From the IMG/VR virus record IMGVR_UViG_3300022666_000335, positions 1 through 46,808 of that record: a DNA stretch of 46,808 bases; one strand, given 5' to 3'. Source of the DNA: a virus (Duplodnaviria > Caudoviricetes). Made by a program: the position numbers and the translations under genes. A model generated the notes under the pieces. That model did no database searches. It was not told the DNA's origin and worked only from the letters and a program-made list of their open reading frames with translations. Numbering within the stretch: position 1 is the first letter of the stretch; the number at the start of each line of letters is the position of its first letter. This document shows, piece by piece, positions 1-11,407 of this stretch.

Positions 1-1956
<1,956 letters not shown>

Positions 1957-2038
1957 GGACCCTCCTGCCGCCAGTGTACCACACCTGAAAACGGCGTTTC
2001 AACCCAAATGATACGCAATACCTCTTGCAATCTGAAAA

Positions 2039-2057
2039 TTATTACACTGTGTAATAA
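2039..2057. promoter_or_regulatory. Palindrome TTATTACAC-T-GTGTAATAA upstream of integrase; candidate operator
   Basis: Perfect 9-bp inverted repeat in the AT-rich intergenic region. Confidence 0.45.
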
Positions 2058-2141
2058 AATCCGGGTGGATTTTTAAATAAAACAGGTCTGGCGTGCACTT
2101 TTGGTTGACGGTGATTTTAGTTATATGATAAATTTTTCGGC

Positions 2142-2324
2142 ATGGAAAATATCGATATCGAACTATGGAGAATCTTCGAGGTGGCCGGCCTGCTGGCCGC
2201 AGTCCAGGCCGGAGTTGGTGAGGGGGCCGCAGCCGAAGAGATTGATAATCCCATCCAAATCGAATCAGAAGAAGAGCCGGGATATCTGCGAATATTCGCA
2301 GATGCAAAAAGCGCCCGGCAGTGA
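2142..2324 (+). CDS. Small acidic hypothetical protein divergent from integrase
   Basis: 60-aa ORF preceded by TTGACG and ending in a terminator; no clear SD. Confidence 0.3.
   Translation: MENIDIELWRIFEVAGLLAAVQAGVGEGAAAEEIDNPIQIESEEEPGYLRIFADAKSARQ
2284..2303. repeat. 20-bp perfect palindrome ATCTGCGAATATTCGCAGAT, copy 1 of 3
   Basis: Identical copies at 19886 and 44895. Confidence 0.9.
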
Positions 2325-2338
2325 GCCGGGCGCTTTTT
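2306..2338. terminator. Bidirectional rho-independent terminator
   Basis: AAAAA-GCGCCCGGC-AGTGA-GCCGGGCGC-TTTTT. Confidence 0.85.
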
Positions 2339-2340
2339 CG

Positions 2341-2526
2341 TTATTCTGGATAAACTGCTTTTTCTATTCCATCGAATGCCATTTTAAAACGTTTTACAAA
2401 TGTCTTTACCCACTCGTCGGGGGGTAGCTTTTCGTCTACTGAATTATCCATCGAAGTTTTAGCGATTCTGTATGCGGCTTCTATCAATGCAACTTTCTCG
2501 TTGTCCGAATGAAACATTACTTCCAT
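2341..2526 (-). CDS. Small hypothetical protein (61 aa)
   Basis: SD AGAGGAG before ATG at 2526; stop abuts terminator. Confidence 0.6.
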   Translation of the reverse strand: MEVMFHSDNEKVALIEAAYRIAKTSMDNSVDEKLPPDEWVKTFVKRFKMAFDGIEKAVYPE

Positions 2527-2570
2527 ATGTATAATCTCCTCTCTAAGATTTTTTAACCAGTTTCCTGGTT

Positions 2571-3371
2571 TTATTTCGTAGTGACCTCGATCGACCATGG
2601 GCCCGTCGCCGTGACAACAACTACTTTTGTTCCGCTTCCCGCCATGACCGTACCCTCGTAAGGTGCAATTTCGTTGACGGCCAGGTCGCGGCCGGTTCCG
2701 CTGTAGGTCCAGATCACGAAATTACCGTCAGCCTGGCCGGCATCGATCCTGAACAGGTCTGGGTTGTCGCCATTCAGGAAAAATACGTCTGACCCGGTTC
2801 CGGTAATCGTTCCAGGAATAGACTCGATGCGCATCGACTCAAACGGCAAAATGGCGATTTCCCAGCTCCCTGAGGCGGTAATTTCAAACCGCGCCGTCTC
2901 TTCGCCGTCCATGAAATCGAGCGGCAGCGTCCCCTGGTATTTCCCGATTTCATTGACTAGCAAATCAATCTTATCCCCGTCAGCCCCATAGTTTTTGACT
3001 ACGAAATTACCACCGCCAGTATAGGTAATCTTTACAATTGCCGGCCCTGGGAATTTCTCCACATCGACGACAGAATCGCCCCTTCCGCTCAAAACGATCG
3101 GTGTGGGTGTCGGGGTTGGCGTGGCTGTAGGCCTGGGGGTATTGGTCGGGCCTGGGGTTCTAGTCGGCGGCCGCGGAGTGAAGGTGGGCCTGGGCGTGTA
3201 GGTAGGTTTGGGGGTTTGCGTTGGGGCGTTGGCCGTCATTTCGGCCCGGGCGGTCGCAGTGGCTTTGAATTGAGGACTTGATCCAGTAATAGCGGAAATG
3301 ATAAAACAGATGAGGCAGAAAACAGTGATGGCTCCAACGACAGCAGCGGCGATCTTCCAGGAAGTTTTCAT
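2571..3371 (-). CDS. Membrane-anchored surface protein with Pro/Thr linker and two repeated beta-rich domains (possible superinfection exclusion/lysogenic conversion)
   Basis: N-terminal TM helix, PTxTP repeats, duplicated GxGxxV...GNFV...DLxVNEI..YxGT...A.G.W.I module. Confidence 0.75.
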   Translation of the reverse strand: MKTSWKIAAAVVGAITVFCLICFIISAITGSSPQFKATATARAEMTANAPTQTPKPTYTPRPTFTPRPPTRTPGPTNTPRPTATPTPTPTPIVLSGRGDSVVDVEKFPGPAIVKITYTGGGNFVVKNYGADGDKIDLLVNEIGKYQGTLPLDFMDGEETARFEITASGSWEIAILPFESMRIESIPGTITGTGSDVFFLNGDNPDLFRIDAGQADGNFVIWTYSGTGRDLAVNEIAPYEGTVMAGSGTKVVVVTATGPWSIEVTTK

Positions 3372-3454
3372 CGGGGGATCTCCTTGAGGGGGTATTTAAC
3401 GCCGGCCAGGGAGACCGACGCTACCGACTGATTTTATAAATTTTACCGATCTCC

Positions 3455-4132
3455 TTACGTTTTTATCTTTGAAACCGTACCATTTGAAAACCAAATATAA
3501 TTAGCGCCGCCATTTTTACGCGGGGTTCCGTAAATCCATCGTTCTTTGACAATCCCAGTTTTTGTTATCTCTTTGTCATCTATAGAATTAGGAAATCCCC
3601 ATGACAATTTTACCATCTCTTCGGTCATTCCGATTGCTATTTTCCCGTCCAAAATTCTATTACAAGTTACTTCTCCCCATTCTGACATTTTAGATCTGAC
3701 ATATGCAATATTTCTCAGGCGCTGCTGTTTTATAGCCTCCTGATCCTGGAAATACTTTATTATTTGTTGAGCTATTCCAATGCCTATAATTATAAGTCCG
3801 ATGATAAACAGCCCGGAACCTATTGGATTGACACGATTTCCATCGTAGGTTGAATACATAGAACAACACCCAATGGAGGAAACGAGTACTCCGATAATGA
3901 TTGTGATCATAAGACTCTCCGTTACGGAAGCGCAAATCCAAATGCAATGATAATAACCCCGAGAACTATCCCCGAGATTCCCGGCCAGGAGATTCCGCGT
4001 TTCTGTTTCCGGCTCCAGATCAGATACCAAACTGCGATTGCTACACTTAACGTTCCAGCTACCAAAACCATAGATCTCAGCATAGTGGCCCCTACTTTGG
4101 TAAAATGGAATCTTCCAGCATTTTAACGACAA
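3455..4132 (-). CDS. Membrane protein with SmpA/BamE-like C-terminal domain; true start probably near 3910
   Basis: Two TM helices then IAIGMTEEMVKLSWGFP...ERWIYG...YIWFSNGTV. Confidence 0.6.
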   Translation of the reverse strand: MSLKCWKIPFYQSRGHYAEIYGFGSWNVKCSNRSLVSDLEPETETRNLLAGNLGDSSRGYYHCIWICASVTESLMITIIIGVLVSSIGCCSMYSTYDGNRVNPIGSGLFIIGLIIIGIGIAQQIIKYFQDQEAIKQQRLRNIAYVRSKMSEWGEVTCNRILDGKIAIGMTEEMVKLSWGFPNSIDDKEITKTGIVKERWIYGTPRKNGGANYIWFSNGTVSKIKT

Positions 4133-4568
4133 GCAGTTCCATAATCATAAAAAATACAGGGATCGTAAATCCAACGATTACCCAGGTGATAAACTGAATC
4201 GCCGGCGTGAACAGCATGGCGATCGCCCCGAGGAGAAAAACGATCATGCCGTAAATCCCCACAATGGTAATCCCGATATCTGGGACCTGGGCGATCCGGA
4301 ACCGATCTGTGCGCCATTCCAGATTTCGCCAGATGGATCTGATCCAGGGATGAACGCTCCAGCGGACGACCGATGCGCCGGCATCGTTTTCGCAAAAGCA
4401 GAATCTTGAAATCAGTGGAAGGAAAATACGGCAAAGGAGCCGCTTAAATTTTGATTCTGGAAGAGGGGCTTCCAGAACTTCAGTATCGGCCTTCATCGAA
4501 AGGAAGGTATAGCGCCGCTGCTCTGGTGTGAGCTTTTTGAATTCCGAATTGAAGTAGTTCTGACTCAT
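4092..4568 (-). CDS. Hypothetical membrane protein co-transcribed with repressor
   Basis: ATGA overlap with repressor stop; two C-terminal TM helices. Confidence 0.65.
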   Translation of the reverse strand: MSQNYFNSEFKKLTPEQRRYTFLSMKADTEVLEAPLPESKFKRLLCRIFLPLISRFCFCENDAGASVVRWSVHPWIRSIWRNLEWRTDRFRIAQVPDIGITIVGIYGMIVFLLGAIAMLFTPAIQFITWVIVGFTIPVFFMIMELLVVKMLEDSILPK

Positions 4569-4951
4569 TCCGTCTGTGATTCTGGTTTGGTTATCGCCGT
4601 TGATCTCCGGCCCCTTCCCTCGGTAAGAAATCGCATGTACTCAATCACGTGCTCTTTTTCCTCGTCGGTAAGGTCTCCAAACAGCATACTGGCCTGTAGA
4701 TCGATGCTGCTTTCTCCGGTTCCCTCGATTTCTGATCCTGGGATGGCCGGCATCAGTCCGGCCTTCTGCATCACGAATTCGGGCTGCAAGCCCAATGCTT
4801 TCGCTATTGAAACACATGTTTTTGCAGTTGGGTTTCTCTGTCCTGAAATCAGCATACTAACGTAAGAGGGACTCAATCCCGATCTTGTCGAGAATTGAGC
4901 GCTATTGATTCCTCTTTTTTCTATTTCTTCTAAAAGCCAAGTTCCAAACAT
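4565..4951 (-). CDS. XRE-family HTH repressor (CI-like)
   Basis: SAQFSTRSGLSPSYVSMLISGQRNPTAKTCVSIAKAL HTH; divergent from small regulator. Confidence 0.9.
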   Translation of the reverse strand: MFGTWLLEEIEKRGINSAQFSTRSGLSPSYVSMLISGQRNPTAKTCVSIAKALGLQPEFVMQKAGLMPAIPGSEIEGTGESSIDLQASMLFGDLTDEEKEHVIEYMRFLTEGRGRRSTAITKPESQTE

Positions 4952-4971
4952 TTTTACAGTTTACAATATTT

Positions 4972-5042
4972 AACTTCTCATTGGTGAAGCAAAGTGTTGA
5001 CAAATGAGAAGTTTTAGTTTACAATGTTCACATCTGAGAAGT
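4972..5042 (+). promoter_or_regulatory. Lysis/lysogeny switch: sigma70 promoter TTGACA(4997)-17-TACAAT(5020) with operator arms
   Basis: AACTTCTCATT (4972-4982) and AATGAGAAGTT (5003-5013) are perfect inverted arms; TGAGAAGT recurs at 5035. Confidence 0.8.
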
Positions 5043-5075
5043 GATTTTTTCACAAGCGAGAATCGGAGGTGTTAA

Positions 5076-5270
5076 ATGGCTAAGCAGAATGATAACATCC
5101 AGATAATGGTTCGGGTTCCTCCTGAGCTGCATGCCAGCATTATCAGCGACGCGAAGGATGAAGGTGAAACCATTTCCACCATTGTTCGGCGTCGGCTGCG
5201 TGAGCGGTACGAGGAAATGCGGGACGAATACCGGACCAAGAATACTCCTGTGTGCGAAACTAACGCATAA
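5076..5270 (+). CDS. Ribbon-helix-helix (Arc/CopG-like) regulator in the Cro position
   Basis: IQIMVRVPPELHASI...ETISTIVRRRL pattern; SD GGAGGT. Confidence 0.75.
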   Translation: MAKQNDNIQIMVRVPPELHASIISDAKDEGETISTIVRRRLRERYEEMRDEYRTKNTPVCETNA

Positions 5271-5280
5271 CAAAAAAAGC

Positions 5281-5317
5281 GGCCCCCAACGTGTTGAAGC
5301 CACGTCGAGGGCCTTTT
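5281..5317 (+). terminator. Hairpin plus T run after the first early gene (tR1-like)
   Basis: GGCCC..ACGTG-loop-CACGT..GGGCC-TTTT. Confidence 0.45.
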
Positions 5318-5396
5318 AGCGTAGGGCATACTGAGCGCCCGCTTACATCCTCAGTATAGCCACTTTCACTAAACCGGTCAACAGTTTGAGGGGAAC

Positions 5397-6314
5397 ATGG
5401 CAATAAAACGCACCATTCTGGTAGACATAGAGGATCTGATCATCGAGAGCGACCTGCGCACGCAGCAGGATCTCGATGCCGGGTTCTCTGCCTCGATTTC
5501 ATCATCCGGCGTTATCCAGCCCCTCATCGTCACCAAGGCCAAAGACGGCCGGTATATCATCATCGACGGCCGGCGCCGTTACCGACACGCTCTGGCCCTG
5601 GGAATGACCCAGATCGAGGCCACAGTCATGGTGGCTGAAACCTATGAAGAGCGCCTGCTACTCCAGATAGAATCGAACAGATACCGCCAGGACTGGACGG
5701 CGCTGGATATGTCCCGCATCGTCAGCGAGTTGATGACTCGCTGCGGCTGGACCCAGGAGCATACCGCCGAAAGCCTCGGATTGAAGCAGGCCCAGGTCAG
5801 CCAGTATCTCGGCCTGCTGCGGATGGCCCCGGAAGCTCAGGAATTGGTCTCTGAGGGCACGCTGGAATTCTCCAGCGCTCGGGAACTCTGCCGGCTCAAC
5901 GACAATCCCGACGCCCAGCGTGCCGCCTGCGCCGAGATCCGCCGCCGCTCTACTGAACGCCAGGCCAAACGCACCGGTGGAAAAATCACCTACCGCCAGA
6001 CGGCCAACATCGTCGCCCGGGTCCGCCAACCCCTGGAGAAGATCCAGCGTGAACATGATCTGCAATCCGCCCGCGCCCTGGAACGGCAAATCGCCGCCCA
6101 GCCGGCCGCCCTGGCCAGCGTTACCGACAGCGATGAGATGGCGCAGATCGACGCCGAGGGCGGCGACTTCATCGCCGCTGAATACCTCAAGCTGATTTCA
6201 GAGGCCTGCGAATACCTCAGTGGAATTCCCACCCCCACCGGCACGGTGGGCACGCTCTGGGCTGAGGCCCGCGCCCGGGCCACGGCCTGGCTATCACAAT
6301 CACAGGAGGACTAA
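5397..6314 (+). CDS. ParB/Spo0J-family protein
   Basis: GVIQPLIV, IIDGRRRY CTP-binding motif, HTH WTQEHTAESLGLKQAQVSQYL. Confidence 0.9.
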   Translation: MAIKRTILVDIEDLIIESDLRTQQDLDAGFSASISSSGVIQPLIVTKAKDGRYIIIDGRRRYRHALALGMTQIEATVMVAETYEERLLLQIESNRYRQDWTALDMSRIVSELMTRCGWTQEHTAESLGLKQAQVSQYLGLLRMAPEAQELVSEGTLEFSSARELCRLNDNPDAQRAACAEIRRRSTERQAKRTGGKITYRQTANIVARVRQPLEKIQREHDLQSARALERQIAAQPAALASVTDSDEMAQIDAEGGDFIAAEYLKLISEACEYLSGIPTPTGTVGTLWAEARARATAWLSQSQED

Positions 6315-6319
6315 ACATT

Positions 6320-7375
6320 ATGGATATCGCTATTGCACACGATCAGGAACGGCGCTGTGGCCTACGCCACGAGGGCACCTATCTGGTGTCCGAGAACAAC
6401 TCAGTGAGCCTGGATGGTGACCGGGCCGCCGGTTCCGACGGAGAAACCTCCGGTCTCATCACGCTCAACCCGCCGCTGCCCATCGTCTCGGTGCGTGTCC
6501 CTCGCCGGGGATACATCTACACCGATGGCGCCTATCTGCTGCGGGCGTCTCGCGGCCAGCTCGCCGACGTTCCCGTCATCGACCCCGACATCGCCGAATC
6601 GAACGCTTTCAGCTGGAGGGCCTTCGGGATGCGGGCGAGCGACCGCCTCGGTAACGGACTCGCCGAAGACGCGCCCACCGTGGGGGCCGCCATCCGAAAG
6701 CTCAGCGGCCTCGAATGGCGGGATATCGAAGCGGCTCAACACTGGGCCGCCGAGATCAGCCTGAAGACGGACGCAATGAGACCGCATTATCCGGCGGTTC
6801 AGTTGTATCCCATGGTGGTAGCGGCCCGGCAACTCTATAGCGTCATTCGGCGCGGCAGCCTGCCTGGATATGTGCTCGACGGAGCCGGCGCGACCGTGGC
6901 GGCGTCCTGGCGGCTGCTGCACGCGGCGGCCTGGGCCGGCATGTTGGGCACCGGCATCCGTTCGGCCGTGGGGCGGGTTATGCAGTCGGCGGGGGCCGGT
7001 CTGGATGCAGCCTACGCCATCCGCATGAAAATCCAGCCGGCGCGGGTGGCGCCCGATCTGGTTGACTGGGTCGGGGCGCAGCATTACCCCGATCCCCAGG
7101 ATTACATCGACGAGGCCCGCAAATTGGGGATCAGCCGGCGAATGCCGGGAGTTCCCAAGGCTGTCGTCCCGACCTGGTCGCGGGCCTTCCTGGCTCATCC
7201 CCGGTGCCGCTTTATTGACGGAACCGTTGGCCCCGGAATCTTTGGGTGGTACACGATCTCGCAGGTGCAGTATGTTCTTCCGCCCGACGGCGGTCTGGAG
7301 AGCGTCCCGCGGGACATCATCGCGGGGCAGGTCGTGCCGGTTCGACCGGTGGTAGAGGAGGCAGTTCATGGATAA
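6320..7375 (+). CDS. Hypothetical phage protein
   Basis: 351-aa ORF, SD AGGAGG, in operon. Confidence 0.75.
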   Translation: MDIAIAHDQERRCGLRHEGTYLVSENNSVSLDGDRAAGSDGETSGLITLNPPLPIVSVRVPRRGYIYTDGAYLLRASRGQLADVPVIDPDIAESNAFSWRAFGMRASDRLGNGLAEDAPTVGAAIRKLSGLEWRDIEAAQHWAAEISLKTDAMRPHYPAVQLYPMVVAARQLYSVIRRGSLPGYVLDGAGATVAASWRLLHAAAWAGMLGTGIRSAVGRVMQSAGAGLDAAYAIRMKIQPARVAPDLVDWVGAQHYPDPQDYIDEARKLGISRRMPGVPKAVVPTWSRAFLAHPRCRFIDGTVGPGIFGWYTISQVQYVLPPDGGLESVPRDIIAGQVVPVRPVVEEAVHG

Positions 7376-7871
7376 GGTGATTTTGCTCCGCGTTCAGGAA
7401 TGCTCTAACTGTCACGGATTCGGCATGGTCGGCGCTTTTCCCGAAGTGACCTGCTGCGTTTGTCATGGCACCGGCTATGTTCGTCACGAAGTCCTGGCCG
7501 ATGCCAGTGTTGCCGGAGTTGCTCGAGAAATCGAGCTGCTGAAGAACGAAGCCCGGCTCGCTACCGCGCTGCGGGATGAAGCCATCGATGACCTGCGGAC
7601 GGCCAACGAACGGATCTCAGAGCTGGAGCAGCTGCTCTATGAGGCCAACGGCGCCGCAGATCAGGCCGCGTCGCTCGTTTGTGGATGGGCCCCGGTCGAC
7701 AATGCCCAGCTCGAGCTGGGCAGGGCCTATTGGGAATGCCTTATCGGCTCAGACGGCGGTTCCGGAGCGGCTCAGTTTCGACTGCGCGCCGCTGAGCATA
7801 TGGTGGAAGAGTTGTTAAAAATCGAGGTGCGCCATGAGCGAAATTCAAATCGCCCGATATGGAAAAAATAA
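7368..7871 (+). CDS. Hypothetical protein with CxxCxGxG zinc finger and coiled coil
   Basis: CSNCHGFG...CCVCHGTG; SD GAGGAGG. Confidence 0.7.
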   Translation: MDKVILLRVQECSNCHGFGMVGAFPEVTCCVCHGTGYVRHEVLADASVAGVAREIELLKNEARLATALRDEAIDDLRTANERISELEQLLYEANGAADQAASLVCGWAPVDNAQLELGRAYWECLIGSDGGSGAAQFRLRAAEHMVEELLKIEVRHERNSNRPIWKK

Positions 7872-8055
7872 TGTTTTGCTGGCCGGCAGTGAGGAATGGA
7901 TCTCTTACGAGGCCCTCGCCGCCGGATATGTGTGCAGTCGCTGCGGACAGCACCCCCGCCAGAGCTGGAACGGGAAAATAAACTATCCCCGCTGCGCCTG
8001 TGGTCACGTTGTGAAGGTCGAGCCGGTGGAAGAGCCGGCGCTGGAGGTGGCGTGA
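7834..8055 (+). CDS. Small zinc-ribbon protein
   Basis: CSRCG...CACG; SD GAGGTG. Confidence 0.6.
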   Translation: MSEIQIARYGKNNVLLAGSEEWISYEALAAGYVCSRCGQHPRQSWNGKINYPRCACGHVVKVEPVEEPALEVA

Positions 8056-9293
8056 TGGCTATCGAAATGGATATTCGAGGAATTTTCGGAGTTCTCAAAA
8101 CCTGGGATTCCCGGTACACGACCGACCACGCCGAGGCCGTTGCTGCCTACGGGCGATTGCGTGGGCTGACTCCCTTCGCCGAATTCAGTCCCATTCTGGA
8201 CAAAGACGGGCGACTCAGTTTTAAAGATCACTACGGCGTCATGCAAAGGCACGCCCAGCTGAGCGGAGGGTACTCGAAGCGCGTTTATCGCGTCGCGGAT
8301 CCAAAGGCTCCCAACGATGTGATTTTTGATGTAGTCGTGGTAGCTAATTCTGACTGGCCCACGATTCAGTCCATGATGGTGATGGGATATAAGCGTGACG
8401 AGATAATGCCGGCCTACGAGCATGTCGGTAGGGGGACTGTTACCGCTACCGAGCAGCAAAAAAGGCGCCCACCGAATGGATGGACATGGGATCGGGTAGC
8501 GATCAAGCGAGGAACTGAGGCTGCGTTAATGCAAGCTTTCGGAAAGGCACCCAGTCAGGACGGGCGCATGTCCGAGACTACAGTTTTGCCATCCGATCAG
8601 GCGGCGGATGCATTATTCCCTGCGCAGCGTGATCCTGTCGAGCGCCGCGAACAAAGCCGGGCGGCAGATCCGGAACCAAAACCAGCCCCCGCTCCGGCGC
8701 CGAAGCCGATTGAGATGCCGCGCATCAATCCTGCGGCGTTGCAGTTGGATGAGTCTGTACCCGTGCAACCAGCACCGCAAAAGCTCGATCCAAAGGCGCA
8801 ACTTCCAGGAACGCCCCAGCCGACCCCGGTCCCCGTCTCCCTGCCGGCCCCCGTTCCCCCCCAGGCTACCCCCGCGGCGGCGGCGAACAGCGGGACTCCG
8901 ACGGCGCAGAATCTGCTGGAACGATTCTCCGCTGCCATCGAGCAGGCCGCCGGCGAGACTCCTCGTAAGGGAGTTCGTGCGGCCCTGGCCAAGGGGATGG
9001 AATATCCCTTTGCCGGAACTGGACAGGATCCCGAAGATGCCCGGCATTGGGTGATGGCATTCCTCGGGCTTCCGGAGTCCATGCGCGACACCAGCGACCG
9101 CGAGTTGGTCGCCCTGGATAAGTGGTTGCATCCCTGGTACCAGGATGGGGTGTATGGATTGAGCCCCGACGGGTGCCGGGATTTGAAAATCATTTATGAG
9201 CACATCCAGTCGAAGCGCTCCGTCAAACCGCAGCCGGCACCTGTCTCCGCAACCCAGCCGGCCCTCGACGACGACGACAATATCCCGTTCTAA
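8055..9293 (+). CDS. Putative ssDNA-annealing/recombination protein with Pro-rich linker and SSB-like acidic tail
   Basis: Start MAIEM after GGAGGT; RVAIKRGTEAALMQAF resembles a RecT/Bet motif; ends DDDDNIPF. Confidence 0.5.
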   Translation: MAIEMDIRGIFGVLKTWDSRYTTDHAEAVAAYGRLRGLTPFAEFSPILDKDGRLSFKDHYGVMQRHAQLSGGYSKRVYRVADPKAPNDVIFDVVVVANSDWPTIQSMMVMGYKRDEIMPAYEHVGRGTVTATEQQKRRPPNGWTWDRVAIKRGTEAALMQAFGKAPSQDGRMSETTVLPSDQAADALFPAQRDPVERREQSRAADPEPKPAPAPAPKPIEMPRINPAALQLDESVPVQPAPQKLDPKAQLPGTPQPTPVPVSLPAPVPPQATPAAAANSGTPTAQNLLERFSAAIEQAAGETPRKGVRAALAKGMEYPFAGTGQDPEDARHWVMAFLGLPESMRDTSDRELVALDKWLHPWYQDGVYGLSPDGCRDLKIIYEHIQSKRSVKPQPAPVSATQPALDDDDNIPF

Positions 9294-9356
9294 AGCAATC
9301 CGGCCCCCGGCCAGGTCACCGGCCGGGGGCCCACACAAATCACAAGGAGGAAATCA

Positions 9357-9854
9357 ATGTACGGAGACGAACTTATCCAAATTTGTGCAGAACTGGCCCG
9401 GCTTTACCGGGAACGCGGAGCGATCCGCGGGTCCCAGGAACGACTGGAACGGGCGATGGAACGCCGGCGCGTCGAGCTGCTGAACGCCGCCGATTGGAAG
9501 GCCCTGGGCTCCAACGAACAGCAGCGCGCCGTCGGTATCTCCGCCCTGCTGTCCGGCGATAAGGAGTGGGCCGGGGCCGAGGCCCTGAGCCACAACCGGA
9601 ACTGCGAACTCATTACGCTGGATGCACAGATCGCCGGGCTGGAAGCGCAGGCCTCGGCGCTGAGGGCCGCGATCCATGAGGCGCAGGCTGTGGCGGTGGC
9701 TCCATGGTATTACGAGAATCTGATGGCCGAGAGGATTGAACGGGTGGAAGCGGAAGAGGTCGATGTGGTCCCGACGATTGTCACGCCGGCCCAGGATGCT
9801 CCGGCCCCGGCTCCCGTGCCCGTGGTAGTCGTTGAGGACGAGCTGCCGTTCTGA
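9357..9854 (+). CDS. Coiled-coil protein with SSB-like C-terminal tail
   Basis: Strong SD AAGGAGG; ends EDELPF. Confidence 0.7.
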   Translation: MYGDELIQICAELARLYRERGAIRGSQERLERAMERRRVELLNAADWKALGSNEQQRAVGISALLSGDKEWAGAEALSHNRNCELITLDAQIAGLEAQASALRAAIHEAQAVAVAPWYYENLMAERIERVEAEEVDVVPTIVTPAQDAPAPAPVPVVVVEDELPF

Positions 9855-9861
9855 GGACACC

Positions 9862-10095
9862 ATGGATCAGATAAAAGTTTTCTGGGCAATTCACACCTTC
9901 CGATCACTGGGCCGCGATGATCTGGCCGACGAGATCGAGCATACAGACCGAGAGCAGACGCTCGAAATGGCCGTCATCGCCGCCGGCATCATGGCCCGGG
10001 CCCAGGAAACCCGTCAGCGTGCCGGGGCGGCCGGACTGGCCGGCCCCGGCCTTCTTCGGCGGTTTATTGGATGGGTAAGGAGAATTATCAAATGA
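9862..10095 (+). CDS. Hypothetical protein
   Basis: SD GAGGA before MDQIK; ATGA overlap with next gene. Confidence 0.6.
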   Translation: MDQIKVFWAIHTFRSLGRDDLADEIEHTDREQTLEMAVIAAGIMARAQETRQRAGAAGLAGPGLLRRFIGWVRRIIK

Positions 10096-11201
10096 GCAAA
10101 ACCAGGACCTGCCCGAAACACGGAGAGTACAAAGGGTGGCTGTGTCCGAAGTGCCACCCGGGTGGACATAAGCGCAGCTCGATGCAGTTGAAATTCACCG
10201 GCAGCCACGTCACCAGCCGGGCCAGCGATCACATCGGGTTCAGCGATTACAGCGCCATGCCGGCAGTCAATGCCAGCGCGGCAGCTGCGAATCAGCGCAC
10301 TGAACAAGAGTCCGCTTTTGGATTGCGCATGGTGGAAATCTACACGCTCATCGTCGATCCCGATGTTCAGCAACGGAAACAACTCAATTTCGCTGTAGCC
10401 GGAGAATACTCTATTGAGATGAAACGCGGTGAGAAATTTCCGGCGGTGGTCGTTTTTTCTGATGGAACAAATAAATGGTTGGCAGACGGATTCCACCGAG
10501 TGGAAGCCGCGAAAATCAACAACGCTACGATGATCTGGGCCGATGTGCGCCCCGGAAATAAACGCGATGCGATTTTATACGCGGCTGGATCGAATGCTGA
10601 GCACGGATTGCAACGTTCGAATTTCGATAAACGCCGGGCCGTGGAAACGTTGCTCAAAGATCCGGAATGGTGCCAGTGGGGGAATCGGGAGATTGCCCGC
10701 CGGTGCCGTGTATCGGATACGTTTGTTGGCTCCATCAGGACTGAATTATCTGCAAACGGTTTGCAGATAACAGAACGGAAGGTGGAACGATCGGGGGCAG
10801 TTTACACCATGCGCACCGAATCTATCGGCCGGCAGGCTCAAATTGAGGATCCTGGAGAGGCCGTAGCATCTGCACCGAAGCCAGTGACTCCTACGACATC
10901 GGCCTGGGCGGCGACGTTCGGCGAACGCAAACCGTTGCTCCCCAGGATTGCGATGGAGGAAGTTGCGGACGATGAAGCGGTTCCGGCTAGCTGGGAAGGG
11001 CCGGCTGCCGCCGCCACTGAATTGCACGAGATCGCTCTTCCCGCCTTTGTGATGGATCGTGATGAACTGATGGCGGATCTTGAGGTAGCGCGGCATAACA
11101 ACGCGGTCATGCGGCAGAACCTGGAAGCCGCCTACGCTGAGATCCGCGAGTTGCGGGCGGAAAATGAGCGGCTGCGGGCAATGGTCCCACAGATGGCATA
11201 G
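10092..11201 (+). CDS. ParB-like N-terminal domain protein with HTH and coiled coil
   Basis: WLADGFHRVEAA, NAEHGLQRS, GNREIARRCRVSDTFVGSIR. Confidence 0.8.
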   Translation: MSKTRTCPKHGEYKGWLCPKCHPGGHKRSSMQLKFTGSHVTSRASDHIGFSDYSAMPAVNASAAAANQRTEQESAFGLRMVEIYTLIVDPDVQQRKQLNFAVAGEYSIEMKRGEKFPAVVVFSDGTNKWLADGFHRVEAAKINNATMIWADVRPGNKRDAILYAAGSNAEHGLQRSNFDKRRAVETLLKDPEWCQWGNREIARRCRVSDTFVGSIRTELSANGLQITERKVERSGAVYTMRTESIGRQAQIEDPGEAVASAPKPVTPTTSAWAATFGERKPLLPRIAMEEVADDEAVPASWEGPAAAATELHEIALPAFVMDRDELMADLEVARHNNAVMRQNLEAAYAEIRELRAENERLRAMVPQMA

Positions 11202-11209
11202 GTGAAGAG

Positions 11210-11407
11210 ATGACACAGGAAGAACTGATTCAGTTTGCGAAGGATGTTTACAGCCTGCCCGATGAAATCGAGTGGGATCTATTTGGATGCTGCCCGTGCT
11301 GCGGCCGCAATATTCACGCCGAAGGTTGTGAGCTGGTGCGGCTGACGCAGAAATCGGCGGAAATATATAAACAAGATCAGGAGGAAACAAATGTTTTACC
11401 TTGTTAA
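11210..11407 (+). CDS. Small CxxC/HxxxC zinc-binding protein
   Basis: CPCCG...HAEGC; tight packing. Confidence 0.6.
   Translation: MTQEELIQFAKDVYSLPDEIEWDLFGCCPCCGRNIHAEGCELVRLTQKSAEIYKQDQEETNVLPC

Noticed and set aside
2284-2303. 20-bp palindrome as a LexA SOS box
   Set aside because: Does not match CGAAC-N4-GTTCG or CTGT-N8-ACAG and is not positioned at promoters
3100-3240. Pro/Thr repeat region as a DNA repeat element
   Set aside because: Explained by a low-complexity protein linker
6401-7369. Long antisense ORFs here and at 8613-9338, 32469-33206, 33303-34013 and 34542-35270
   Set aside because: Shadow ORFs of GC-rich genes; no SD, motifs or operon fit
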